From: Phoronis australis
Taxonomy: Eukaryota > Animalia > Phoronida
Assembly (NCBI GenBank): GCA_002633005.1
Contig: NMRA01000659.1
Span: forward strand, 62,001 to 126,000
Reading direction: 5' to 3'
DNA length: 64,000 nucleotides
Shown one piece after another: positions 1-12,500 of this stretch. Under the pieces are notes generated by a model that had not been told where the DNA came from, searched no databases, and saw only the letters and a program-made list of their open reading frames with translations. Each line of letters opens with the position of its first letter. Position 1 is the first letter of the stretch. A program made the position numbers and the translations under genes.

Positions 1-312
1 TTAAAAGTCTCGACTGAAAATTTTGATATGTTGAAGTTATGGAGATCGTGAAAATTTTTATTTCTTTTAAAAAAACTTCACCTTGTGGTTAACTATGGTT
101 CCATTGGTTGAAAATTGTGGACATTTAAATAATTTATTGTTTGGTGTGTGCAATTACCTTGAATTTCTTATAAAATATTGAATAGAGTATTAGACAAAAG
201 TGTGTTTTATACATTTTCAAAGCTTAACACTTGAAGGTTTAATTGAATGTGTAAAGATTCTCCGTGATGTTGTTTACATGTTGTTGATTTAGTGCATTGT
301 TGTATCGTTCAG

Positions 313-564
313 TGCACCAACAACGAGGAGCGAGCACGTGTGACGCATAATGAGCTGCTCACCTACCAGGACTCACACGCACACACAAACGAGGAATTCG
401 CTGAGAAGGAGGAGGTCATTCGTAATCTGGATGCTGAGAACGAGCGTCTCCGTGACGACCTGCAACGCAAGACACTAGACCATTCTGAGGCAGTGGAGCA
501 GCTCAATGACCACAAGGTGGAGCTGGCAACACAGAAGGAACAAAAGAACAGTACAGTGAAGGAG
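313..564 (+). CDS. Core exon (252 nt, phase 0/0) CTNNEER...STVKE
   Basis: gttcAG acceptor, GAG|GTATGT donor; inside ORF 292..654. Confidence 0.9.
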
Positions 565-3500
565 GTATGTGACACAGTGGTGTGGGTTAAGGGTAGGACT
601 GTCGAAAAATGTCTAAATTTGGCTAACTTTGGAACATTTCTCAGAAATGGCTGAAGGATTCGTATGAACCCCTCTGGTACCATGCTTTATGCACTGTTAT
701 CTAAAACTTTCTTAGGAATTGTTTTAAATTGATCCACTTTTGCATGAGGGGCTATCAAAAATACAACTTCTTTGATTTTCATGAACAGGAATGAATGATA
801 ACTTAGAAAACTGTAACTCTTACAGCGTTATGAGGTTTTATCTTGAACATTTATATAAAGATGGTCAATTGGTATAGTTGCTTCTCTACTTAATTGTATT
901 TTCCTTTTTTTGCTAAATTTTACTACGAAGACACAATATAAGTCATGAGACCCAATCAACAATGGATGTGAAAAAACAAATTCTAAAGGCTTTCAGTTTT
1001 CAGAAAATATCCACTTTTCTTCAGTGTTGATTCAGAGCTTTGTCAATATTTGGCTGAATACACTTATTCCATTCAGGTGAATCGTCTGGAGCAGAGTTTG
1101 CAACAGGTACAGGTCAGTCTAGCATCCACTCACAAACGTCACAAGGCTGAGATGACCAAACTAACCGAACGGAGTCGCGGTCTTGAGAAGGAAGTTGCTT
1201 CGCAGAGACAGCGGTGTCAGGCATTGGAAGCTGAGGTGGCCCGGCGTGAGGACGTGATTGGCCGATGTGAGCAAGACCTGCGTACCAACAGGGACGAGAT
1301 CAACGCAAAAGTTGATGAGGTATGCCTATATGAGGAAGATAATAGTTGTTATAGCTTTGTTAAGGTTATGCAGGACTTTAGAAAAATGCCAGGCAGATAT
1401 GACAACATGCTTTACTTGCACAGTTTTCAGGTGATATTTAGATTTAATTGTCTTTTTTTTGTCTTTGATATACCTCTCCAGGCTGCAGTAATCTTATTTC
1501 TGTTTTATTCCAGATTGAAAACTTGGAAACCGTTATCCGTGATGCCAAAGTGGAAGTTTCAGATTTACAGAAGTTGCTACGACAGTCTGAGAACTTGGTG
1601 AGATAGCTTAACTTACTAGGTCTTTGTTAAAAACTTGAGTTATCCACTGCTTAAGTTAATAGTTAAATCATTGTTAAATCTGTTGTTTTTCAACCAAGTA
1701 CTACCAATCTGTTCTCTTCATTCTTGGGAAATTAATGCCCAAACCTACTTTCACATGATTTTCGTTTACAATAAGGGTGCCTTCTTGTTAGACTTTATGC
1801 ACTAAATTTGTACCTATTTGTATTTACTGCATTCACGTCTGGAATAGTCTGAGAAAACTATATGCTTGATGATCTTATCATTACAAAAAATTAGTGTATT
1901 TTAGAACAGTAAAAGTTCTGCTTTTATCATTCTAGTGTGGCCAGCTGCAGGCGGAGTTAGAGCGAGTCCGTTCAGATCTGTCTGAAGCAAGGTCACAGTA
2001 CAAAGACTGTGCTCAGGAGGTGATTCATTGCTCAGTGTTTGTGTCAGACAACATTTGGTTGGCCATTCAAGTTTTTCACAAAAATATGGCAAGAACTGGT
2101 AATAAGACAGGGTACTGCCTGACTCTGTTGACTTCTTTTCTTCATTAATGTTTAAGCATGTGAGGCTGTTTTGTTTGTTTGAATAAGGTTATTAATGTTT
2201 ATCATTACACCCCCTTAATTACCATCACTCATCTAATTATAATAAGTTATTACAAAGTTATCAATGCTGTTATTACAGCTTGCTCGTCACGAGGAGAAAC
2301 TAGTCATCATGGAGCAGAGTCTTACCTCTACACAGGAGCAGCTAAGCGACCGAGTCACGGAAGTTGTGCGGTTCGAACAGGCCAATCGCAAGCTGCAGAC
2401 TGAGGTCAAGACATTGCGTGAGCGTAACCATAGTTACGAGGAGGAGGTGAAGGAACAGAAGGCTGCTCTAGACAAGTTACGGAAGGATCTTGTTGGTGTG
2501 AAGGAAGAGTGCCACTCGGCCAACCAGGAAGTGATCACATTCCGCCAGCAGTCGCACAAGCTCGAGGTGGAGCTAGAGGGCGCTAGGAGTCACGAGCAGC
2601 TGCTCAATGAACAGGTAAGAGAAAGTGGCAGCTGAGTACTGGAGAGGTGCTCAGTATAGTTTGAGTTGTTGACAATTCAATGCAGTGTCTTCAACTGAAC
2701 TTTTAAGGAAATGGGTAATTAGCAATGTACTTGGTGAGGCTGGTGAATTGCCAGCAGTGTGATTTAACTAATGATCATGAGTGCAGAGCTTCGTAGTGCA
2801 ATGTGAGATAACTTTGAGTGTGCACAAATAGCCCTTGGCTTAGGCTTGGCTGCCATTTTTGGTGCTCTTTACTAAAATTATTGAACCTTCAAAGTGCAGC
2901 CTTGTGTGATTATTCTGATTGTATTAATTAAACTATTTGTGTGCATCATAGACTACAGTGCATTTATCACCACCTACATTATCAATGCATGAGATCTGTA
3001 ATCTTGAGTACAAGTTGCAGTGTCCTTGTTCACTAGCGGTATTTGACGAGCTTGCTTGTGTTACGACTGGGATGTACGTCAGCTGATTATGGTTGTTTGT
3101 TGTGTCATTAGACTTTGAAGTTTGCAATTGCGTGCCCTGAATATTGCCTGAAATATTCATGACACCAAAGACTCTACCAATTAAAAGGAGTACATCAAAA
3201 GGCTTTTTAATGCCGAAAATTTTCTTTGAATCGCATTGCTAGGCGATGAAATAGATACCAAAATTTCCCATTTAAATTTGTTAACCGAATTCTGAGATTA
3301 GCACATGAAGTAGGTGGTGCCTCTGTTGAGAATTTCATTAAAGAATACCACAGTTGTGAATCTCTGTGATTTGTGTCTGCATGGACTGCGATGGTTTCAC
3401 ATTGCAGGTTGAGCAACAGGACTCTATCCTGTCCCAACTTCAGTCGGAGATCCGTGCAGAGCGCGGCCGCCAACAGGAGTCCAACAAGCAGCTGCAGCAG

Positions 3501-6500
3501 TGCAAGAAGCTGATCACAGAGCTGCAGGATGAGCTGGAGGGCTGTCAAAAGCAGCAGAAGGAGTTCACAGCCAAGGTCAGTGGGAGGAGTTTGGTGCTGT
3601 CACCAGCAGTGTTATGTGTGTGGCGGTTGGGCCTTGTTCTCTGACAAGCAGCTGTGTACTATCTAGGAATGTTGTGGGTGGAGCTACTGTGTGTTACTGT
3701 GTTGTCTTTGTGGGCAGGACCTTGTTCCATGCCAGTAGCCCTGTTTACAACTTAATGAGTGGAACTTTATGCCGTGACAAACGAGACCTACATATTGTGT
3801 AACTTTCTGTTGCCTGTGTGAATGCTGTCTTGTTCTGAGACAAATAGCATGTGGATGGGGTTTTGTTCCAGTTACAAGCAGCTGTATATTTATCTTACAG
3901 ACATTCTTTATTGGTTGTACTTTGTGCGCTAGTAAGCTTCTATTCCGTCAAAAGTGCAACTGTGACTCCAAACAGGGGTTGGAAAGTATAATCGGAAAGT
4001 GACCCACATTTTGGGTAGTAAAGGGTCAAAAGACTCGTTGTTAGTTACAGTAATTGCCTTTAACTTTTGTTTATGACGTTGAAGCAACAATAAAAATAAC
4101 TTTTACCTTTGGCGGATGATGTCTACTCTATTGTTTACCATCTTATGCTAAGAGATTTTTTCGTGTCCTAGATGAGGTGTCATTTTGGCCTACTGAGCAA
4201 AGGTGCACGAGGCAGTTGTTGGATTTACGCAAAGCAGTGGTTGCAAAATTATTCTTGGCAATTTTATTACTGATTTGGTGTTTTCTGTCTAGTAACTTGC
4301 CTCTTGATAATGTTTAGAAGTTAAAGTGGATAATATATTAAAAAAAATCATTTCAGTCAACTGGCGAAGGCGGCCATTTTGTACTAGATCCATGCACTTT
4401 TATCCTGCTGTAAAGATATCCACCAGAGATGTCTTATTTTTTTGTCTGTGGCTTCACCAAACTTATAATTTTGCTAGTTCGCTACGAGGTGGAAAATAGA
4501 AATGACAGCTGTATATAAAAAGTATGAGAAAAACTGAATCTGTAAGCAAATAAGCACTCTGTTGAAACACTCGACTTCCATGCAGTCATGCCGAATTCAC
4601 CACATCATTTTTAAAGATTATTTTCTGAGTGTTGCTGTAATGTGGGTGTGTGCAAGGAGTATGTACACTTGATCAATGTGCGTAATTCCAACCCTGTTGC
4701 AGATTTAGAGTTGGAGTTTCACTAGCAGTGGTTGCACAGTGTTGTGGATGAGGCCTTATCTGGCTATTGTCTATGGGGTCCTTATTCATTCACCACAGCT
4801 GTGTATATAATTTACTGTGACTTGTGTATTACCTTGTGCCCCTATAAGGCACTTTCAGCTTGCGTTTTAGTAGTCTTAAACATCATTAACAAAGTGACTT
4901 TTCACTTAAATAGTTAAAATAATAATGTTCTCCTAGGGTCTGTTTCAGGAAGGTGACTTGAGACACAAATTTGTTCTTACGCTCCCTTTTTGCAGTCTCT
5001 GAAAAAATGTTTAGCCAAGTGATTACGAAAGCATCACAATCAACAAAGAAGTTATCAAAATTATCTTAATAACTACCAGTTATGTGTATATTCTCAGAGA
5101 CTGTAAATTTGCTCAAGTGAGATTTAATTATTTTTTTTGAAAATATTTGTGTGGAGCGTAACACCAAATCTCTGACTCATGGTGTCCACTGTTGTGTATC
5201 ACATATTTGTATTTATTTTACAGGGCCAACCCTATGATCTAAAGTATTTCCTTTAATCACTGATGTTGCCTTTTGTTTATTCGTTTGTAAATAATGTTTT
5301 CATTGTTTCAGGTACGTGATGTTAAAAGTTGCTTATCTGTTACAGATTTCACCATTTTGATTTGCTGCTTACCATTATTATGCTCTAATTGTTTCTGCAT
5401 TTCCAATGCTTGTCTAACAACAATTTTAAAAACTGGAGATTGCAACAGATTGATGTAACTTAAGTTATAAAATTTGCTTACATGCTACTTATATTCTGAG
5501 AAAAGAAATGTGAGTTTATTCGCCAGTTCACTCTACCAACCATTGGGTTCCTGCAATTAGATAATTACGGATTTCTTGCAACCGAGACTGTATTACATAC
5601 CTTGGGTTTTTGCCTCTGAATTACTCTTAGTGGCACTTATCTGCTTCTTAATTTTTTTCTGTGCTGTACCATATTCATTCAGTGCATTTTTACTCTAGAC
5701 TACTTCTTTAATGTAACGTCTTGAAGGTAACAATGCCTGTAGCTGTATTTACGCCAAATATGAGCATTCTGCTTATTCATCATGTCAGACCTTACTGTCC
5801 ATTGTTGACATTTTCTTTAAAAGAACTTGGCAAGTCTGCAGAAAAGTTGTGTGTTCTCCAAGGTAGATTTTTGCTACTTTATTTTGAAATGTCTGATTAT
5901 TCGTTGAGTTTGTCTTTTGCAGTATTTCAAAATCAAAACATTCCAGTTTTGTAATAGTTATTGTAATTATCTTGTGCCACCCCAATTTCTTTTAGGAAAG
6001 CACGTCTCTTAATTATGATATCTGGATAATAAAAATTCACTTTGAATTTATTTCTTGCGTAGATATGGATGAAGTAATACCTGAATACATGACTTCTGTG
6101 TTGTTGAGGAAATAAGCTATTGGATGAATGCCAAAGATTTCATCAGCCACTTGACCTTGTGAGGAATACAATCCAGAAACTATTTATCAATCATCCTTTA
6201 AAATGAGCAGACCATCATCTCCAGGAAAGAAGAAGACGACTCAGCTGCAAAAAGATCTTGAAAGGGCCAATGACAAAATTAAGAGTCTGCAGGAGAAAGT
6301 TGAAAGCTTAGAGGCACAGCTTGCCCAAGCGAAGTGCATCTCAATCAGGGCACCAGACAGTGATGAAGTATTTGAGTGTGCCAAAGAGGACCATTTCCGT
6401 AGACTGAAACAAGAACTAAAAGATGCATATGCCAAGCTAGAAGATGCAGAGAAGCAGAATGTGGAACTGCGCCAACAGACACCAAAAAGGGAAATGAGTC

Positions 6501-9500
6501 TGGTTCAAGATCTCAAAGAGGAAACAATTCGAGTGGATAAACTTGTGGCTGAAAATGAAGCCCTTAAGAGAGATCTGCAGCTTAAAGAAGAAGCTCTTGA
6601 GAAATCTAAGCAACAATATCTTGGTGCAGTTGATGACATGAAACATTTGATGGAGCACAATGCTCAACTGAAGCAGCGAATTTTTCAAATGTCTGAAAAT
6701 AAATCTGCTGAAATATCTGAAAATGTAGCTCTGAAGAAAGAGTTACAACTGAAGGAAAAGGCCCGTGAGGAAGCTAACCAGAAGTACCTGGATGCAGTGA
6801 AAGACATGAAACATATGATGGAACACAATGCTCAACTGAAGCAGCGGATTGCTCTATTGTCTGAAAATAAATCTGCTGAAATATCTGAAAATGTAGCCCT
6901 GAAGAAAGAGTTACAGCTGAAGGAAAAGGCCCGTGAGGAAGCTGACCAGAAATATCTAAATGCAGTGAAAGACATGAGCCATATGATGGAACACAATACT
7001 CGGCTCAAGCAGCGAATTCGTGAGCAGTCTGAAAGTATATCTGGTGATTCTAAGAAAGTCAAGTTTGAGAAAGAGGTTGTTGAGGAGCAGCAAGGAATAC
7101 CAGAAACATCTAAAGTTGCCAGCTTTGGCGTTAAAGCGGGTAATGCACAAAGTCACTCACAGCAAACAACTGTGGCTAGTGCACCACAACTGCTTTTGGA
7201 AGATGCAAAGAAGAAAATTAAAGACCTTGAAGCAGAAAACAAGAGTTTACATCTAATTAATGCTGAGTACATAAGTAAGGACAAAACCGTGGAGAAAGTT
7301 GACCCTGATAAAATTCGCTCTCAGTTGGCTAACTTGGAGCCTACATATATTAACCCTCATCTCAGTCCAACAGAGAAAGAGAGTGCAATGAGGTCTTTGA
7401 AGTCATTGTATCTCCTTCTGCAGGAAGCACGCAACAGAGTTGAAGAGTTAGAAAGAGAAAATCAAAGGTTGTTATCTCAAAACGGGAGTGGAGCAGACGA
7501 TAACACAGTAAGGAAAATTTTACATCAAGAGATGGAGCTCAACGACCAGGGTCGACTAACTTCCTATATGGAGGAACAAGTTAAAGGACTTCAGCAGAGC
7601 AAAGGCAAAGGCAGTTTGGAGGTTCGTTTAGAAGAGGCTCTTGGTCGTATAAAGGAGTTTGAAGCTGAAAATAAGAAACTAAGTGAAGACGGAAAACAGT
7701 TTAAACGAAGAATGGCTAAAGAGTTAACAGACTTGCATGAAGTTTATAGCAAAGAAGTAAGAAAAGTCAGTATATACGAGCAGCAGATCAAAGATGCTGG
7801 AGAGGAAATAAGGCGCTTGTCCACTGTGGAGTCAAATCTCAAAAAAGAGATTTCTGCACTTAATACAAAGATTCATCAAGGTGATGTAGATAAGAACAGT
7901 TCGATCTCGGCTGTAGAAAAGGAACTTAGAGCTGAAATATCACTTTTGAGGTCAAGAGAAGTGGAGACTGCTAAGGCCCATGAACGGCTTATCGCAGAAG
8001 TGCGTAGCTGGGAAGGAAAAGGCAGTAAGATGGCAGCAGATGGAAATGAACTGAAATTGGAAATTAAACAGCTAAAAGAAGCTGCCGAAGTCTCATCCAG
8101 GCGGTTTCATAACGACTTAGATTCACAGGTGCAACACTGGAAAGGCAAGGTGGACACCATGACTAAAACTGAAGAAGACTTGAGAGCTGAAATTCTGATA
8201 TTAGAGAAGGGCAAGGAAAAGTCTTCTGAGGTGATTGACAGACTTAGGAAAGAGGTTCAAGGCTTACAGGAGAAAGTAAGCAGCATGGCTTCTGTTGAGC
8301 AAGGTCTGAAGGCAGATGTTGCTCAGCTTCAGGCCAGAATCCAGCAGCAGGACGTTCCTGGCACAGCTGACAAGGAACAGAGAGTGGTTAAACGAATGCC
8401 AGATGATGTTGCGAGCCTAAAGTCTGACCATGGTTATTTCACAGATGGCGAGTCGTCTACTGGTCATGAGTTTTGTCGGCAAGAAGTGGAGCAACTGAGA
8501 GGGTGTTTACAAATGAAAACAAAACTGCTAGATGAAATGCTTGAGCGAATGAAAGAGTTGGAGCTAAGAAACAGTGAACTGCAGTCAAAATTGAAACAGT
8601 GTTCTCCAAAGGATCTTCAGGCAAATCCGGGTGATATAGTTCCAGTCCATTTAACAAATTTGAAGCTTCACAGCAGTTGGATTGAAAATGTAGATTTAAG
8701 AGAGATGCTACTGGCCAAGACCAAGCAGTTAGATGAAGCAATCAAGTCTTTGCAAGAACTGGAAAAGCAGCATGTTGATTTGATTGACAATTTAAAAGAC
8801 CTGAAGTCTAACGAAGATCCTGGGTTTGAAGAAGAGCTGTATAGGAGACTCTCATCTAACTTACAAGAATCTCTTAACCATAAGAGTTTGAGACTGCAGC
8901 AAGCTTACGAGGACATGCAATCTCTAGATGTACATTATGTCAAGGCCCAAAATGATTTGAAGAAATCTGATACAACCATCAGTAACTTAAAAGCAGAAAT
9001 TACCAAACTCAAAGATAGTCTGGATTTGGAGCAAAGTAATGCCAAACGTTATCAGAAAGACTGCCTCCATCTTCAGAATAAGATACTTGACAGTACTCTG
9101 GCTATATGTCCCTCATGTGTAGCAAATGGGAATATTCCGGCGATCGAGACATTGCAACAACTCAAGAACAATCTTGGAATAGCTATTCTCCATGGAGATG
9201 GCGACGAGAAAGATGGTGGACAGGACAGCTCACAATTAGGATTATTACACTTCAATGAAGCGTTGACAAGAGCCTTGAGCCACTTTGAGAACCGCATGTC
9301 TATTAACAAGAAGCCTGATAGTGCTGATGCTGCGGCCTATGGCGACATGAAAGGTATGATAAACGAACTAAATGAAGCGGAGTTGAAGAACCGGAAACTA
9401 ATGCGGGAACTTCAGCTTGATGGTGAGATGAAAGCTCTAATGAACGAGGATGAATGTGCTCATACACAAAAGAAGCTTGATGATGCTGTTAGTGAAGTAA

Positions 9501-12500
9501 GATCTTTAAAGGAGACTGTCGCGTTAATGCAAGAAGAACTTCGCGCCAAAGAGTTGCAGTTGGTCAGACTTGAAGAGGCAAAGGAGTTACTTATTGTAGA
9601 GGTGCATGGGCACAAGGCTGTTGCCAGAGACCTCCAGGGAGAACTTGAAGAGCTGGCTACTGACTATAGGGCTGTGCAGGAGAGCTTAGATGATTCCAGG
9701 GAGACCATTGACAAATTGGAAACAGCTCTGAGCAATGAGAAGCAGATGCTAGAGATTGAGAGCACAAGTCTGCGTGCAGCTAAAATGGAAGTTGCTCGAC
9801 TGATGGGTCAACAAGAAGTCAATCGAATTCATGCTGTCAATGCCAGCCTGGAACCAGGGCAGCTGAAGGCGCAGCTGGACCTGGAGAAGAACGCAGCGCA
9901 CAGTGCTAAGGAGGAACTGTGTAACGTGAGGATGGAACTACACCGGGAGAATCAACGGATAGTGGATGTCATGCAGCAGTTGGTGAGCAGTCAACAGGAG
10001 GTGAGCAAAGAGAAGCAGCAAACAAAACGTCAGAAAGACGAGGTCGAAAGGTATGAGAAGCTGGTGGAAGAGTTGAGGACCCAGTTGTTGGCACAGACTA
10101 ATGATGACACAGAAGTGAAGAAGGTAAGGTAGAGAGGTGAGGATTGTTTCCAGTCTCTTCTTTGACACCACATGTTGTTATGTAATTGCGTTTATTAGTA
10201 ATTGACTATTACGTTTCCATAATTGTAGCCTCTTGCAGTAAAATCAAACCTATAAAAATGTGAAATGTCATTGTGATTGATTTAGATATGAAGTAGTTTC
10301 TCTGTAGTTTTTGCCAACTGAAGGAAAACCTTAAGTTTGATTAATTGTGTTAAGAGCTGGCCTTCATTCTTCCTCAGGCAGAACTGAGTCAGTCAAACTT
10401 GGAGGACAAAGTAATGCAGCTGCAGAAATGCATCAAGGATCTGGAGTTCAAGGTAGTTTGCTAATGCTAAGGTGGTGTGTGAACCATTCCGACCTCCACT
10501 TGCATATCATTTAGTCACTGTAGGAAGTTACAGTTGATGGGATAATTGTTTCCACGTTTGCAGTGTTTTTGCATCTCAGAGTCTTTCCACACTGTAGGAG
10601 GTTCTTATTTTCTCTTTTTGCTTCTTTTTCCTTTTTGCCTTCTTAAGCACCTCGACACAAGAAGTATCACTTACAGGTGATGCTTTTATTACCCTTTTCC
10701 CCAGAAATTCTGCAGAACTTGAAAGCGATTTGTGAAACCACGGGCCAAACCATTAACTTAATATGTGACATTTTGAAGTGGCCTATCTGTTGCAAAATTG
10801 TGTTCCCAAACACTTGTGAATAAGGTATGAGATAAGTGTTGTTATTACACCTTCACTCGCAGCCTGTTCCTAGATATTAAGAAGTCTAATGCCAGCAGTG
10901 AAATGAATGCTGTACCATCAGCTATCATACTCTCGTTGTTCATCAGCTGACAACTAGCAAAGACAGAAACACTTCCCTTCAGTTGGAGCTGGACTCGTCC
11001 AAGGAAGATATCGAGAAAATCGTGGAAGAGTTTCGCGATGAACTACGACAACTGCGTGAGCTGCGCCAGCGAGACTGCGAAGACCTGGTCAAACTGCAGT
11101 CAGACTTGTTGCAGGCCAATAAGGAAATTATGCGCTACAAGAGCCTGAGCAAACACCTGAATAGAAGCAAGTGGCCGGCCAGCGCATACTGTAAGGTGCA
11201 TGAGGTCTCGTCACTTGTTGATAGGCTGAAGGAGGAGATATTTGCGCTGAAGAACCGTGAGAATGACCATATCTCAAAGGTAGTGGGTCTGTGATTACTG
11301 ACCACTGAACATTTTCTTTTAAGTAACAGATTCCAAAAATCCGTCCACGATTTGGTGGTTATCGTGAGTGTTCTGAGAGTATCTCCCATATTAGTTGTGG
11401 TCGAACAATACCACTTTGTGGTTGTTCATTTGCGTGCTATAAAATGTAAACATGCCTCTCGAGATGTTTGTGTAGATAATTATGTTTAGTGCCATCCTGT
11501 ATTATATGCTCTGTTGGGATAGAGTTCTTAAGGTTTCTGGGTTTGATTTTCTTTGATTGAATGGTTGTGTTTTGTCAGTTGACTACGGTGGAGGGGGAAT
11601 ACGAAGCTGATCAGAACATGATGAGATGTAAAGTAGATAGTCTGCAAAAGGAGGTAAGATTGGTCCATTCGTAATCATCAAATTATGACCTTTGGACTTT
11701 TATGTTCCTTGTTGCAGTTCTTCATTATCTGACAACTAATATCAAAACATGTAGGCTGTGATCATTGTCCGGGTGATAGCGGACATACTCAAAACCAGAT
11801 TTGATGAGTACAGGGATGAACGCCAATCAAGTTTGTATTGGCGAAATGCACTTACCTGGTGTTCTAAAATATTTTCTCGCTCTTCAAATGACAATAACAA
11901 AATGAATGTTGTTTGTTGACCTGGGGACAAGAGTACTCGGTAGGATTAAGTTCATAAAGAGGTTATCGGTAAAGGAATTTCGTCAAACGATTTAATAAAA
12001 TGCATTGTTTATTAAGTTGATAATGTTTTTTATTATTGTCTTTGCTCTTCCTTGAGAGTTTTCGAGTTTCTACAAGACGCAAAATTTGTTCTCCAAAACT
12101 GAGTTGTATGCTTGCCATTACCCTGCATTGATTTTAATTACTGCAGGTAGTACGTATGTTGGTCGTCCTTTCCGTCAACCACATAGGGGGTGATCAACAC
12201 TGATCGAGTTTAATTTGATGATTGTAAACAATGTTACGTCAGTCTAACTGTGCTGTGCGTGTACTTCTAATAGCTGGAGACCAAGAACACAGAAATTGAC
12301 AGTTTGAGATTGGAGATTCATAGTCATAGACATAAAGAAGATAAGGTAGTATCTCATTGTTTTGAATTCGACAAAGCACACCTTGCTGTTGCTTTCTAGT
12401 TAACTTTGTATTGTTGTTCAGTTAGTCAATGCCAGGAACTTTACTGCGGTTCTGTTATTCCGCACTAGTTTCTCTTAACGTTGATTTACCTAATCATCTG

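Noticed and set aside
6203-10132. 1309-aa ORF as a stand-alone intronless gene, SMC/myosin or viral protein
   Set aside because: No ATPase or motor motifs; it ends at a strong phase-0 donor (10123) followed by frame-compatible exons.
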